In this document: one piece after another, positions 52,282 through 63,240 of the stretch
Position numbering within the stretch: position 1 is the stretch's first letter
Layout: the number at the start of each line of letters is the position of its first letter
Source of the DNA: Monocercomonoides exilis PA203
Lineage: Eukaryota; Protista; Preaxostyla
Assembly (NCBI GenBank): GCA_001643675.2
Contig: LSRY02000011.1
Coordinates: 1-64,000 of the forward strand
Length of the DNA: 64,000 nt
Direction: 5' to 3'
The notes under the pieces: model-generated
What the model was told of the DNA's origin: nothing
Databases searched by the model: none
What the model saw: the letters and a program-made list of their open reading frames with translations, nothing else
Translations under genes and position numbers: made by a program

Positions 52282-55280
52282 TTTTGAAAGCGCAAATATT
52301 TTATTACATATTTTTTGATCATTTTTCTCAGATAAAAAAAACAATTTTTTAAAATTTTTAGACTATTCGAAAGATATCAGAATAAATTATATAATATTGA
52401 TATGTAATGGATACAAAGGATTATAAATAACACAAAAATGAGTTTCCTACACAACGCTTCGCTTATTACTTAACCCTAACCTAGTTTTTCGAAAAAGATG
52501 GCACTTCGAGGTCGGGCAGCCATAATCACATAGAAAAATTATCATAGAAAATATTCAATTTTTAAAGGAAAATATACTAACTGATGTGTGCAGAAATAAC
52601 CACTGGGCCAATCTCTTAGCAATTACACCACATTTCACATCTACTAACATTCCCCAACATATCCCTCTAACTCCGATCACTTGCCCTCCTCACACTCCAC
52701 AGCATCACCAAGTCAATACCCCCAAGTCATTTTTTCTATGTGAAAAATCAGAACCGAACTCAAAACAACTAGCCGCTGGAATTTCTCAGCAACCACTGGG
52801 CCGATCGTAACGCCGTTTGGCCACATCCGGGCATGGGTTACTGTGCCGGTCATATGTGTTTCGATTCAGCCACTTGCCCTGGTTCGCTCTCTGTGACTTC
52901 ACCAACCAGGCACCCCCCAGTCAAAGTCAAAAAATTTATTTCTTTTCTGGACAGCCTGCCAGACACCCGCCACCAACACCCATATGCATGCTATTATCAA
53001 ACTATATGCACATATATCATACATTAATATCAAAATTATCTGGCCATTACTTCTGGAGTTATACTCGATTTACCTCAAAAATGACCTTTTTCACTCAAAA
53101 ATTCGATTATAACTCAAAAACTACAGATAAGTGTATCCAATTAAAAATCACCAATATACAACATTACAACTCACATTCATGTGTTTAATCATATTTTAAA
53201 TCGACTTTGAAATTTTCGAGAAAAAAAATTTTTTCATTTTTCAGTCAAAATGACCAACTTGTCCCCACTGCCCTGCCACAACCGCTCGGTAGAAAAATTT
53301 AGATTCGAGTATGTTTATAAGGGGCCCACGTCCTTGCCACCTGCCAATTATCAAAGGAATCTGAGACCTCATATTTTTCGGTCGTTGATCTAAGATCACC
53401 ACTTTTTCAGTCAAAATCTTCATATCACATTTTCTCACTAACCAGACCAATCTGGCCCGAGAAAAATTCAGCGGACTATTCGTGAATTATCCGAACTTTT
53501 TGTGTTTTCATAACTTTCGATCACAACTTTCATAAAAACCGATTTTCACCAATTTTCATTTTTTCTGACTAACTTGAGCTAAATTCAACTTAATCAGAAA
53601 AAATGAAAAATTCACATTGTCGAATTTTTGACCTTGACTTCAAAAATTCACAATTGGTCCAACTAACACTCCGATAAAGTCTCACAACTTAGAAAAATTT
53701 ATTTATCGAGATATTTTAAAAATAATTATGAAAATTTTGACTGAAAAATTTTATTTAACAAATCATTCCACAATTTGAATCAATTAATTTCTGATTTTAA
53801 TATCAATCAATTCCTCTCATAATATTACCCATATACGTAACTTTTCATCAACCACTAATTCCTACTTCTTTATTAAAAATCATTTTTTAAAAATTGTTTG
53901 ATCTAGATCAAAACCATTTTTCTATGTTAAGAATTCAACTTCTCAAAAACAGTTTGTTACCAATCTCACTATACACCATTACATCCCCACCCCTCATAAC
54001 CTATACAAAATATTATTTTCAAATTTATCTGTTCATGGAATAAATAGAAAAATATTAATTAAGATTGAAAATTTTGGTAAAAAATTATTTCTCAAGAGGA
54101 TTGCTTTCAATATTAAAAACAAAAATAATAGAGATGTATTATATGATGACTATTTATTTAATAAAAAAATTGCGTTGAGAAGGATGTTATAAAATAAAAA
54201 AATTAAATATTATTCAAAAATGAGTGAAAAAATGAAAATATTTTTTATCTCCAAAATTGATGGGCAGACTAACATCAAAAAAATATATAATATACAATAT
54301 CTTAATATCATTATTGTTGAATTTTTTCAATAGAATGAAAAAGTCAGTTGTTGAGATAAAAAATAATATCAAAAATAAAAAAAATTAAAAAAATAATAAC
54401 ATCACAAAGAAAAGTTGAATTCAATTGGTTATTTTATATAATATAATATATATAATAAAGATGATAATAACATATAAGAATACTGATATTGATGGTTGGT
54501 TCTGAGCAAACAAAAAGTATCTTATTTTTGTTGATATTTCAGAATGTTATTTTTTCATTATTATTCAACCATAACTAACAATATTCTTTCAATTATATCA
54601 TCATAATTAATATTATCATATCATATATCTTCTATCCAAATTTCATCAAAAATAAAAAATAAAAAGTTAAAAAAAAATTAATTTTATCATATCTTGAGGT
54701 ATCCATATCAGATTTTAATAAAAATTATATAAAAAGATGAGAGGGGATAAGTAGAAAAAAGATATTTCATAAGAAAATATTGTATTTTTTCCAAAAAAAA
54801 TAAAACAAAAATATCGATTTTCTCCATTGAAAATGACCCCTTTTTTCCTTATTTTTCAAAATTTTCTCGCTAACCGCGAGGTTAGGGAAAAGATCATCTC
54901 GCTACTACTCCAGTAGCGCTCGCTGGATGAAATCTGCGCACATCAATCCTGCGCGCAGATATTCATCCATCTCGCGAAAAATGAAGAAGAGTAAAAAGTT
55001 CATGAAAAGAAAAAAGATAAAAGTTAAAGATTTCGGGGAGGGGCAAAATTTTCAACAAAAATTTGAAAACCTTCAAATTTGTACATAGCAAGAGTGACAA
55101 GATGGTGGTGTTATTTTTAAAAAATGAAGGCCTTTTCTGATGGGTAAGAGTCCCACCCAATGGCCGACGCGCCACGGCAAAGTTCGGTCGCTTTCGCTCC
55201 CCGCCCTTTTGCCGCGTTTGCCGCGCGGCCCCCACCCCACGTAATGGTTTCTTCCTTATTCATTTTCTATTTTTCAGAAA

Positions 55281-55606
55281 TCAGAAACTTTTTCCTTGAA
55301 GTCAAAAATTGACTCAAAAAACTTCAATGTTTTCAGTGAATATTATCCAAAAAGATGGATCTATTTGATTAATATCATCACATTGAAACCATTGAAGAAG
55401 TCCCTTTCTTCTCTTTTATTGGAGTCAGAAACTTTTTTTAAAAGTGTTATTTTTTGATCACAAAAATTTGATTCAAAAATACTTCAAAGAAATGATGATT
55501 TAAACAATAAGATTAATATCATCATTTCTTTGAAGAAGTTCTTCTCAAGGGGAGGATAGAAACTTATTTTTGAAATTATTTATTTTTGACTCATAAAAGT
55601 TTCATC
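55281..55606. repeat. About 2.5 degenerate ~135-145 bp tandem repeats, the two complete copies each with a long stem-loop, just downstream of the LSU 3' end
   Basis: The motifs (T)CAGAAACTTTTT, TTGA(C/T)TCAAAAA.ACTTCAA and GATTAATATCATCA...TTGAAGAAGT recur from 55281 and 55425, with a partial copy from 55557. Stems lie at 55322-55397 and 55482-55535 (perfect 18 bp). Confidence 0.7.
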
Positions 55607-56711
55607 CTTTATGACTTTTTCCCACATTGGATTCCCTCAAATTCCCATTTATTTTTCCTTTCCCAAAATGTATTTGGGGGTAGTACTTTATCCATGGTAT
55701 TATTAAGGCTTTCCAATCATCCGTCGTTAAAATTTTTTCAATGTTTTTATATTCAATCATTCATACGTTAAATCCCTTCAAACGAGGTTTAAGAGAATAT
55801 CTATGAATTTTAAAACATTTACTTGTGAGATTTTAGACGGACTTTTTTAATCAATGACTTAATCAAAAAAATGGATAAAATTGGACAATATTCAGAGTTA
55901 AGCCTCAGTAAATCGTGCAAACAAAACACTCTGAGACGCACAGCCCTCTGATAACATGGATTCGTCTAATCCGTCCTTCTCAGGCATGACCCCTTTAATA
56001 CTCTCATTTATCTTTACAATAGCCAGGCATATGGTCCAGCGAATGAAACGATTAATTCCAAACTAATGAAATCCGTTTTAATTACATTCACCTTATGTTT
56101 TGGACCAACCGTTCCGGCCAAATCTTTCAAAGGCGGTACAACCAATCCTTCAAGATCCTCGACTTGGAAATAAAATATCTCAATTTCCTTATAAATTTAC
56201 TCCCTTGTAAAGCAGTATAATATAGAATCTCAGTCTATATACCAGCTTCCATCCACAAGGCATTTAAAGGAGATACAAGACCCATCACATTATATTCTAG
56301 TCATATATGTTATTCTACAGCTCACCTGGAAGATATGACCCCATTTACACACATCCCTTTAACAGGATCTTCCCTTATCCAATCGTCGCCGACCGTAGAT
56401 AGGAGGGTTGTCAATATCCTCGATGGCCATGGTCTTAATTTCCATATCTCTATTTTTATCCAAAAATCAATTCCCTTTCTTAACAGGCATGCCCAGGAGA
56501 TTATCAATATAATCCTTCAATTGTCTTCTTATAATTCTCTGGAATAGATTCTGACTTAGAGGCGTTCAGTCATAATCTAACGTATGGTAGCTTCGCGGCA
56601 CTAGTTTCTCAACTAACCGCAAATGCCAATTATACGATTCTAGGGTTCCTCTCGTACTTACTAGAATTACCATCTTGACAATAATTACACAATATCAGTA
56701 GGGTAAAACTA

Positions 56712-56749
<38 letters not shown>

Positions 56750-57571
56750 TGTTAGTGGGTGAACAATCCAACACTTGGCGAATTCTGCTTCGCAATGATA
56801 GGAAGAGCCGACATCGAAGAATCAAAAAGCAACGTCGCTATGAACGCTTGGCTGCCACAAGCCAGTTATCCCTATGGTAACTTTTCTGACACCTCTGGCT
56901 TCATGCTTCGAAGAGTTTAACTCTTTACTCAAAGGATCGGTAGGCCACGCTTTCACCGTTTACATTCGTACTGAAAATTATCAAATCAAATGAGCTTTTA
57001 CCCTTCTGTTCTACGTGAGATTTCTGTTCTCACTGAGCTCATCTTAGGACACCTGCGTTGTTGTTTAACAGATGTGCCGCCCCAGCCGAACTCCCCATCA
57101 GAAAATGTCTTTGAAAGAGATTCTAGTTAATAAACAAAAAATAGAACAGGGAAATCTTTGATTATCCCAATGTCCCTTGCTTATTTATTCCTCATATCTA
57201 CAATAAAATGCGATCTCTCTTGCGAAAGAAAACAAACACTTTATTGGATTTCTTATCCCCATTCACAAGAATGAAGACATAGAAAAGGTTTAGTTCCAGA
57301 ATTACAGTTTGAAATATGACCATTAAACAAAAAAGAATATTAACCTAATAACATTCCCAACAGCCATATTTTTAGATCAAACCGTATCTCTCCTTAATCA
57401 AATAAGTAAAATAATAATAAAAGCAGCGGTATTTCAAGGTCGAGAAAAGAAAAGAAACAACAAGCTTTCAACATTGAGTTGCCCCCAACATCAAAAACCC
57501 ATCATCCCTTCTCCCGTTAACTCTTTAATCTCCGCTTTATTCTACATCTCCTAAATCATTTCACAGATTCT

Positions 57572-57609
<38 letters not shown>

Positions 57610-57726
57610 GATTTTCCAAGCCCGTTCCCTTGGCTGTGGGTTCGCTAGTAGATAGGGACAGTGGGAATCTCGTTAATCCATTCATGCGCGTCGGAAATTA
57701 ACCGACGAGGCATTTAATACCTTAAG

Positions 57727-58647
57727 TATTTTAATCAATCAAAACCTTTCCAATAGGAAAACCTTTGACCCAATGTTGCTTCTCTGTGGGAGCTATTCAA
57801 AACATTGCACACTTTAACCATCGTGTGGAATGGCACGTCCCTTAAGCCTCCTTGGATGGTTGAATAAATACAAATGTTTCATCAACAGATGTGATTATTC
57901 CCTTCCCGACAGACCCACACCTTACCGTGCTCTACGACGATCTCGACAAGTTCACACTTTTCAGATTCGCCACGGGATTAACTCATGTCAAAGATAACAG
58001 ATTATTTTTCTCCATTTACCTTGCTGGAAGCCTTCCCGTACCAGGTTGTGTTGCCGCTGGTGTGCCCACAGTTCAGAAGGAATCAATGGTTAAACGTCAG
58101 AAATCTCTTTCCTCCAGGGATCTTATAGTAGAAAAGTACAAATCAGATCTCAAAAATGTCTGGATTGATCATCCAACCACTATCTCAACCTGGTTTGGTC
58201 CAATAATATTGCAAAGTCATCGACGATACAAATCTACCAGTCGGATTCACCAAAACTGCAGAAGGGAAGTATCAATACAACTTCACCGACCCAGAATTGA
58301 CAGATAAGAAAAGATACAGACCAATTGCCTATCGGATGTCATTCCTTCTTGATCCAAATTTTACAATTCGGATTACACAGTATCCCATTTATGCCATAAT
58401 CCCTTATGTTATAATTGGGAACACCATCTTGAGACCCTTGAAACCAATAAATCAAGGAATGGCTGTCCAGGTGGTCCCCATTGCCACCATATAGTCAAAT
58501 GCCTGATACCAGGACCCTTTTCAGAATCCTAAGTATTTTTCTTTCATTTCACCATTTCCTTTTTCATATCACCAGTTCGACTAGTGAGTCAAAATACCCT
58601 TCCATTGAAAGTATCTCACTTTGCCTCCCTTTTATATATTATTAGTT

Positions 58648-58648
<1 letters not shown>
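57727..58648 (-). mobile_element. Group I intron, subgroup IE, at LSU position L1923 (GACUCU^CUUAAGG), 922 nt, carrying a homing endonuclease gene in P2.1
   Basis: It interrupts ...ATGACTCT | CTTAAGGTA. Elements on the rRNA-sense strand: guide AAGGGAGG (~58624-58631), CTAGTCGAACTGG (P2.1 5'), CCAGCGGCAACACAACCTGGTACGGGAAGG (P3/P4, 58031-58060), TAATCCCGTGGCGA (~57967-57980), GTCGTAGAGCACGGTAAGG (57920-57938), GGCTTAAGGGACGTGCC (57832-57848), and the P13 pair CTGTGGG/CCCACAG. These are IE-type core motifs. Confidence 0.93.
58086..58532 (+). pseudogene. His-Cys box homing endonuclease, I-PpoI-like, antisense to the rRNA; frameshifted twice as assembled (pseudogene or assembly error)
   Basis: Stitched translation: MVKRQKSLSSRDLIVEKYKSDLKNVWIDHPTTISTWFGPI / YCKVIDDTNLPVGFTKTAEGKYQYNFTDPELTDKKRYRPIAYRMSFLLDPNF / NSDYTVSHLCHNPLCYNWEHHLETLETNKSRNGCPGGPHCHHIVKCLIPGPFSES*. 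It contains the SHLCHN..C.N..H...E....NK.R..C...C.H..C His-Cys box. Frameshifts are near 58205 and 58360. Confidence 0.92.
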
Positions 58649-58684
<36 letters not shown>

Positions 58685-58700
58685 ATTGAATTTCTTCACT

Positions 58701-58731
<31 letters not shown>

Positions 58732-60356
58732 ATGTGTTAACACCGTTTTCCAGCCATCACATTGCTGTGTTTTAATTAAACAGTCGGATTCCCCTTGTCC
58801 GTTCCAGTTCTAAGTCGGTTGTTATTTTAAATAAAAGCCATAGCATATAATATTATCAGTGTGATGTTGCCACCCCAACTGTAATCTAGCTATAAATATT
58901 GGGACAATCTTTCGATTAAATAAAGGATATCCAGATCAAAGAAACGGCAACTGTTATAATCAAGCAACACAAAAACTGAAACCCTTATAAAAGAATCCGA
59001 ATCAGACAAAGAAAAAGACAAGTCTCCTTCCTTTATCCAACCAGCCAATTATAAGCCATTCCAATCCCCATGTCACAAGCCGTTTTTGTGTGTTCCGAAA
59101 ACTTCAATCACAACTGACAAATCCTTCACTTCTGGTAAAGTCAAAATCTATCTTTTCATATAGCAGAACTGACCTTCCAAGTCAAATCTCAAATGAAGTT
59201 TGACCCCATTCAAAATTCAAAACTCAAAAAAATCCTCTTTCCATATTACATTCAATAAACCCAACCAAAAAAGAAAAGAAAACAAGTTGCCCCATTTTCT
59301 CCCCCTTTTTATATTACCAGAACCCAACGGCTCAACCCTTAGAGCCAATCCTTTTCCCAAGGTTACGGATCTATTTTGCCGAATTCCCTTACCTACTTTT
59401 TCTAATTGACTAGAGGCTACTCACCTAGAAGACCTGTTGCGGTTATTAGTACGACCGAGTGTGAAAATCAAATTCTTAAAAAATAATATCAGTCCCCTGA
59501 AGTTTCATGGATCGTTAAACATGCACCAGACCAAATAATACTTGCATCCCTGTATAATGAAATACAAGACCTCAAATACAGTTAAAAGGTACCCTCTTCC
59601 GAGGTTTCTCTAAACTGCATTTTTATTTAGTTGAGGGCTCTTCCGACTGGGTAACCACTTCTCCGAATAAATCGTTTTCATGGTCACCGCTATAGCAAGT
59701 AACTTATAACTTATAAATTAATTATATAGCTTCATCAGTCGTTAAGAAGAAAAGAAAACTCTTCCCGGGATGTTTACCGATGAGTTCAGGCTTCTTTGCG
59801 TTACCGCTTTTGTTCTCCACATTTTTTAGTGTTATTCCAAAACTCTGTTACAAGTCTTGAAACCAAATTTTTCTTTATTATTTCGGTATAGGAATATTAA
59901 CCTATTTCCCTTTCGATTTCTATAAATATATCACACTTAACAAAAATCTTGCGATTTGTTAAGAATATTTTTAGAAAACAAACGGTATTTAACCGATACC
60001 TTAGGATCGACTAACCCATGTCTCAATGAGATTCACATGGAACCTTTCTTCACTTCAGTCTTCAAAGTATTACCCCATTTGGGAAGGTCCTCCCATTTGA
60101 ATATTTGCTACTACCACCAAGATCAGCACTATCGACCGTTCCATTTGTATTCACATACAAACTTCAAAACTTATTAAAAAAATATCCAGAACAATAGAAA
60201 AATAAATTTCCCTATCACCCCAAAATACCTTTTTATTCCTTTTTGATCGACACGCCCTCCTACATAAGCTATAACTTCCCTATCATAGCTTAGTCATGTA
60301 TAAGTATCATCGCTATTACATATGCTCCAGCGCCATCCATTTTCAGGGCCAATTCA

Positions 60357-60390
<34 letters not shown>

Positions 60391-60892
60391 ATACCAACTT
60401 CCATGGCCACCGTCCTGCTGTCAAAATGAATTGACACCTTTTCTGGTATCTATATGAGCATATATTTAGGCACTTTAACATGACGTTCGGTTCATCCCGC
60501 ATCGCCAGTTCTGCTTACCAAAAATGGCCCACTAAGAGCTTATTATTTTTCTCAACAAATATGGGTTTTCTTTTTATTAGTTAATCAAAGTTTATCTAAA
60601 AGATTTTCAAACAACTTTTTCGAGTAGTAGAAAACAAATCCTTATAAAGACTACCGGAGTCCTACGGATGTTTAGGGTTTTCTTAAAATGCAAACCAAAA
60701 CAATCAGCACGTCCAGACTCCTTAAAATAGCATTCTACAAGCCTTCTTACCAGCTTCATCAATAGAACACTAAAAGATTACCTTGCCAATTTAGAGTTTG
60801 AGAATAGGTTGAAGAAATTATTTCTCCAAGACCTCTAATCATTCGCTTTACCTGACAAAACATTCTTTCATTATAAGCTCCTGCTATCCGGG

Positions 60893-60931
<39 letters not shown>

Positions 60932-62203
60932 GAGTCTTTCGCCCCTATACCCAAATTTGACGAACGAGTTGCACGTCAGTATCGCTACGAGCTTCCATCA
61001 GAGTTTCCTCTGACTTCACCCTAATTCAGGCATAGTTCACCATCTTTCGGGTCCTAGCAGATATGCTATAACTCAAACCATAAGAAAAGCAGCCTGGTTT
61101 TACCCAAAAAAACTACCTTTTAACAAAAACTTTATGGTTGGTCAATGTTGCCAGGATCTCCACCAAAAGGATTTACCCTCTCGGCGAATAACCCCTTCAC
61201 ATTTAAGGGCTTTCCAAATAATCCCCTTCACTTTCATTACGCATCCCTGGGTTTTATCCACCCGAATACTCGCATATCTGATAGACTCCTTGGTCCGTGT
61301 TTCAAGACGGGGCGATATAAAGCGCATCAACAAAGTCAATTCTTCTTATTTGGAATAGGAAATCGATATTAGAATCGCCATATTTAAGATCAATTAGTTC
61401 ACTAATAAATAAGACAATATTACCATTTATTCTTAATTCAATATAATCAAGCGAGCTTAACCAATTGAAACAAATCTTTTAAAAAACCAAATATGAAGAA
61501 AAAGAAAACAAGTTTCTTCTTCAACTTATCTGATTTAATTAAAAAATTTGGAATAAATTGAAAAATATCATCCCAGAACTAATATATGTAAACTCTGGTA
61601 TTCTCGATATTTCCATCCCGTATCTGATATCTTTAACCAATCCATATTCTCAGATACTTATTACAAAGTATTCTATCCCTGTATCGAATCCAATAGGTAA
61701 GTCTTGCTTCAGGATTATAACAGAATAGGAAATCATCAAGTTTAATAAAAAACCTGACAATATTCAATAATGTCTATTCCCACCTTTCCTCCTATGTGGA
61801 TTTCGGTTATTATCAAAACTATAGAATACCATTGACCGCATTCTTATGTTTAACATTCATCCATACAAGCCTTTTACAGCCTATATGAAGAGAAGGGAAA
61901 TGATGCTATCCTGAGCAAAGTGGTTCGGCTATTACACCTTTCTTTTATATCCTTATAAGCACGGGTTTATATCAGATATCAATAACAATTATAAATTACT
62001 ATTCATATGTATCCCCCGACTTTACAGTTAAGCTTACAAGTCACTCAGGCCACAATACACCAACCCTCTAGTATTCCATGTCCATAAGAAAATAATTTAA
62101 TTATATTAATAAAAAACATCTCTGCACTTTCTAAATTTTATATCGCTTGTCCTTTTGGCAGTTTCAAGCACTACTTTCATTCTCTTTTCAAAGTTCTTTT
62201 CAT

Positions 62204-62237
<34 letters not shown>

Positions 62238-62742
62238 TTGTCAATATTTAGCCTTGGATGAAGCTTACCACCCAATTAGGGTTGCAATCTCAAACAACCC
62301 GACTCTATGATTGTAATGTCCAACCGTGACATTTAAACCAAAAAAAGCCATGACAAGTTTGACCCTGCCACATCTTCCTTCAGTAGGAATCGAGATCTAC
62401 TTTTTACTATATAAACGGGGCTATTACCCTCTCCGGCATTCCTTTCCAAAAACAAAAATAGAAATTTTGATCTCTAAATCATATTCCCGTCACTGACATT
62501 AATCTCTCAGAGTTTGACCCCCAAGAGAAATTACATCTTTAAAGTACAACTCTTATTACTTTCTATCAATTGTTAGCCAAGTCAAAAGTTGCCTTTCTTC
62601 TCAACTAACTCATAATAAGATTTTAACTTTGGGCTTTTCCTTCTTCCCTCGCAGGTACTAAAGGAATCCTCGTTAGTTTCTTTTCCTCCGCTTATTAAGA
62701 TGCTTCAGTTCAGCGGGTAATCTTGCTTGATATTTCAGATTG

Positions 62743-62959
62743 ATAATCATAATTATTAAAATATTCTTTCTCATCATTCATTTAATATTAAAATTTATAT
62801 TAATATTTCAATATTATTTTAATATTATTATTTCTATTTGAAAAAGAAATTATTATTATTAATAATAATTAAAGATTATATTTTCATAATAGAAAATTTA
62901 ATCTCAAATAATATAAAACAAATCTATTTTGATTTAAATAGATTTATAATAAATTTATA
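62743..62959 (-). other. ITS2
   Basis: Very AT-rich spacer between the 5.8S 3' end and the LSU 5' end. Confidence 0.85.
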
Positions 62960-63126
62960 ACCAATTCTGAAACAAGCATGGTCCCTCAATTATAGAAATA
63001 ACTGAGAAACCGCAATATGCGTTCAAAATTTTGATGACTCGTAGATTTCTGCGATTCGCATTAGCTATCGCGCTTTGCTGCGTTCTTCATCGATACAAGA
63101 GCCAAGATATCCACTGCCAAAAGTTT
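62960..63126 (-). rRNA. 5.8S rRNA
   Basis: Minus strand reads AACTTTTGGCAGTGGATATCTTGGCTC...TCGATGAAGAACGCAGC...TTTGAACGCATATTGCG. Confidence 0.96.
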
Positions 63127-63240
63127 TTTTAATTTTTCTATTTTTAAAAAAACTTTCTATTTGTAATAATATCGTTCATAATCATTATTAACCTCTTTAT
63201 TATTTTTAAATTTATCTAATTGTTTTAATTGTTAAATAAA

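Larger units (their letters stand above)
55880..62742 (-). rRNA. Large-subunit (28S-type) rRNA gene, with large expansion segments and a group I intron; ends approximate
   Basis: Reverse complements of universal LSU motifs: TACCCGCTGAACT..AGCAT..AATAAGCGGAGGAAAAG (~62680-62720), CCCGTCTTGAAACACGGACCAAGGAG (~61290-61310), GGGAGTAACTATGACTCT (~58650), GGGAACGTGAGCTGGGTTTAGACCGTCG (~56720-56750), GATTATGACTGAACGCCTCTAAGTCAGAATC (~56547-56577), and a terminal helix ...GCACGATTTACTGAGGCTTAAC (~55897-55918). Confidence 0.97.

Noticed and set aside
52471-52481. Telomere array
   Set aside because: Fewer than two TTAGGG-type units. It is kept only as a possible binding motif.
45900-55000. Complete DIRS/Ngaro retrotransposon, Polinton or Helitron
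   Set aside because: No gag, RT/RNase H, polymerase B, capsid or Rep-helicase ORF is visible, and no long terminal or split repeats flank the YR gene.
57891-58085. N-terminal part of the 138-aa ORF 57891-58307 as coding sequence
   Set aside because: It is the antisense of the ribozyme core (P3-P8) and starts at GTG. The ATG at 58086 is the plausible endonuclease start.
57727-58648. R2 retrotransposon insertion, since its target site is a few bases away
   Set aside because: The insert is only 922 nt, has no reverse transcriptase, sits upstream of the R2 site, and has a full group IE ribozyme core.
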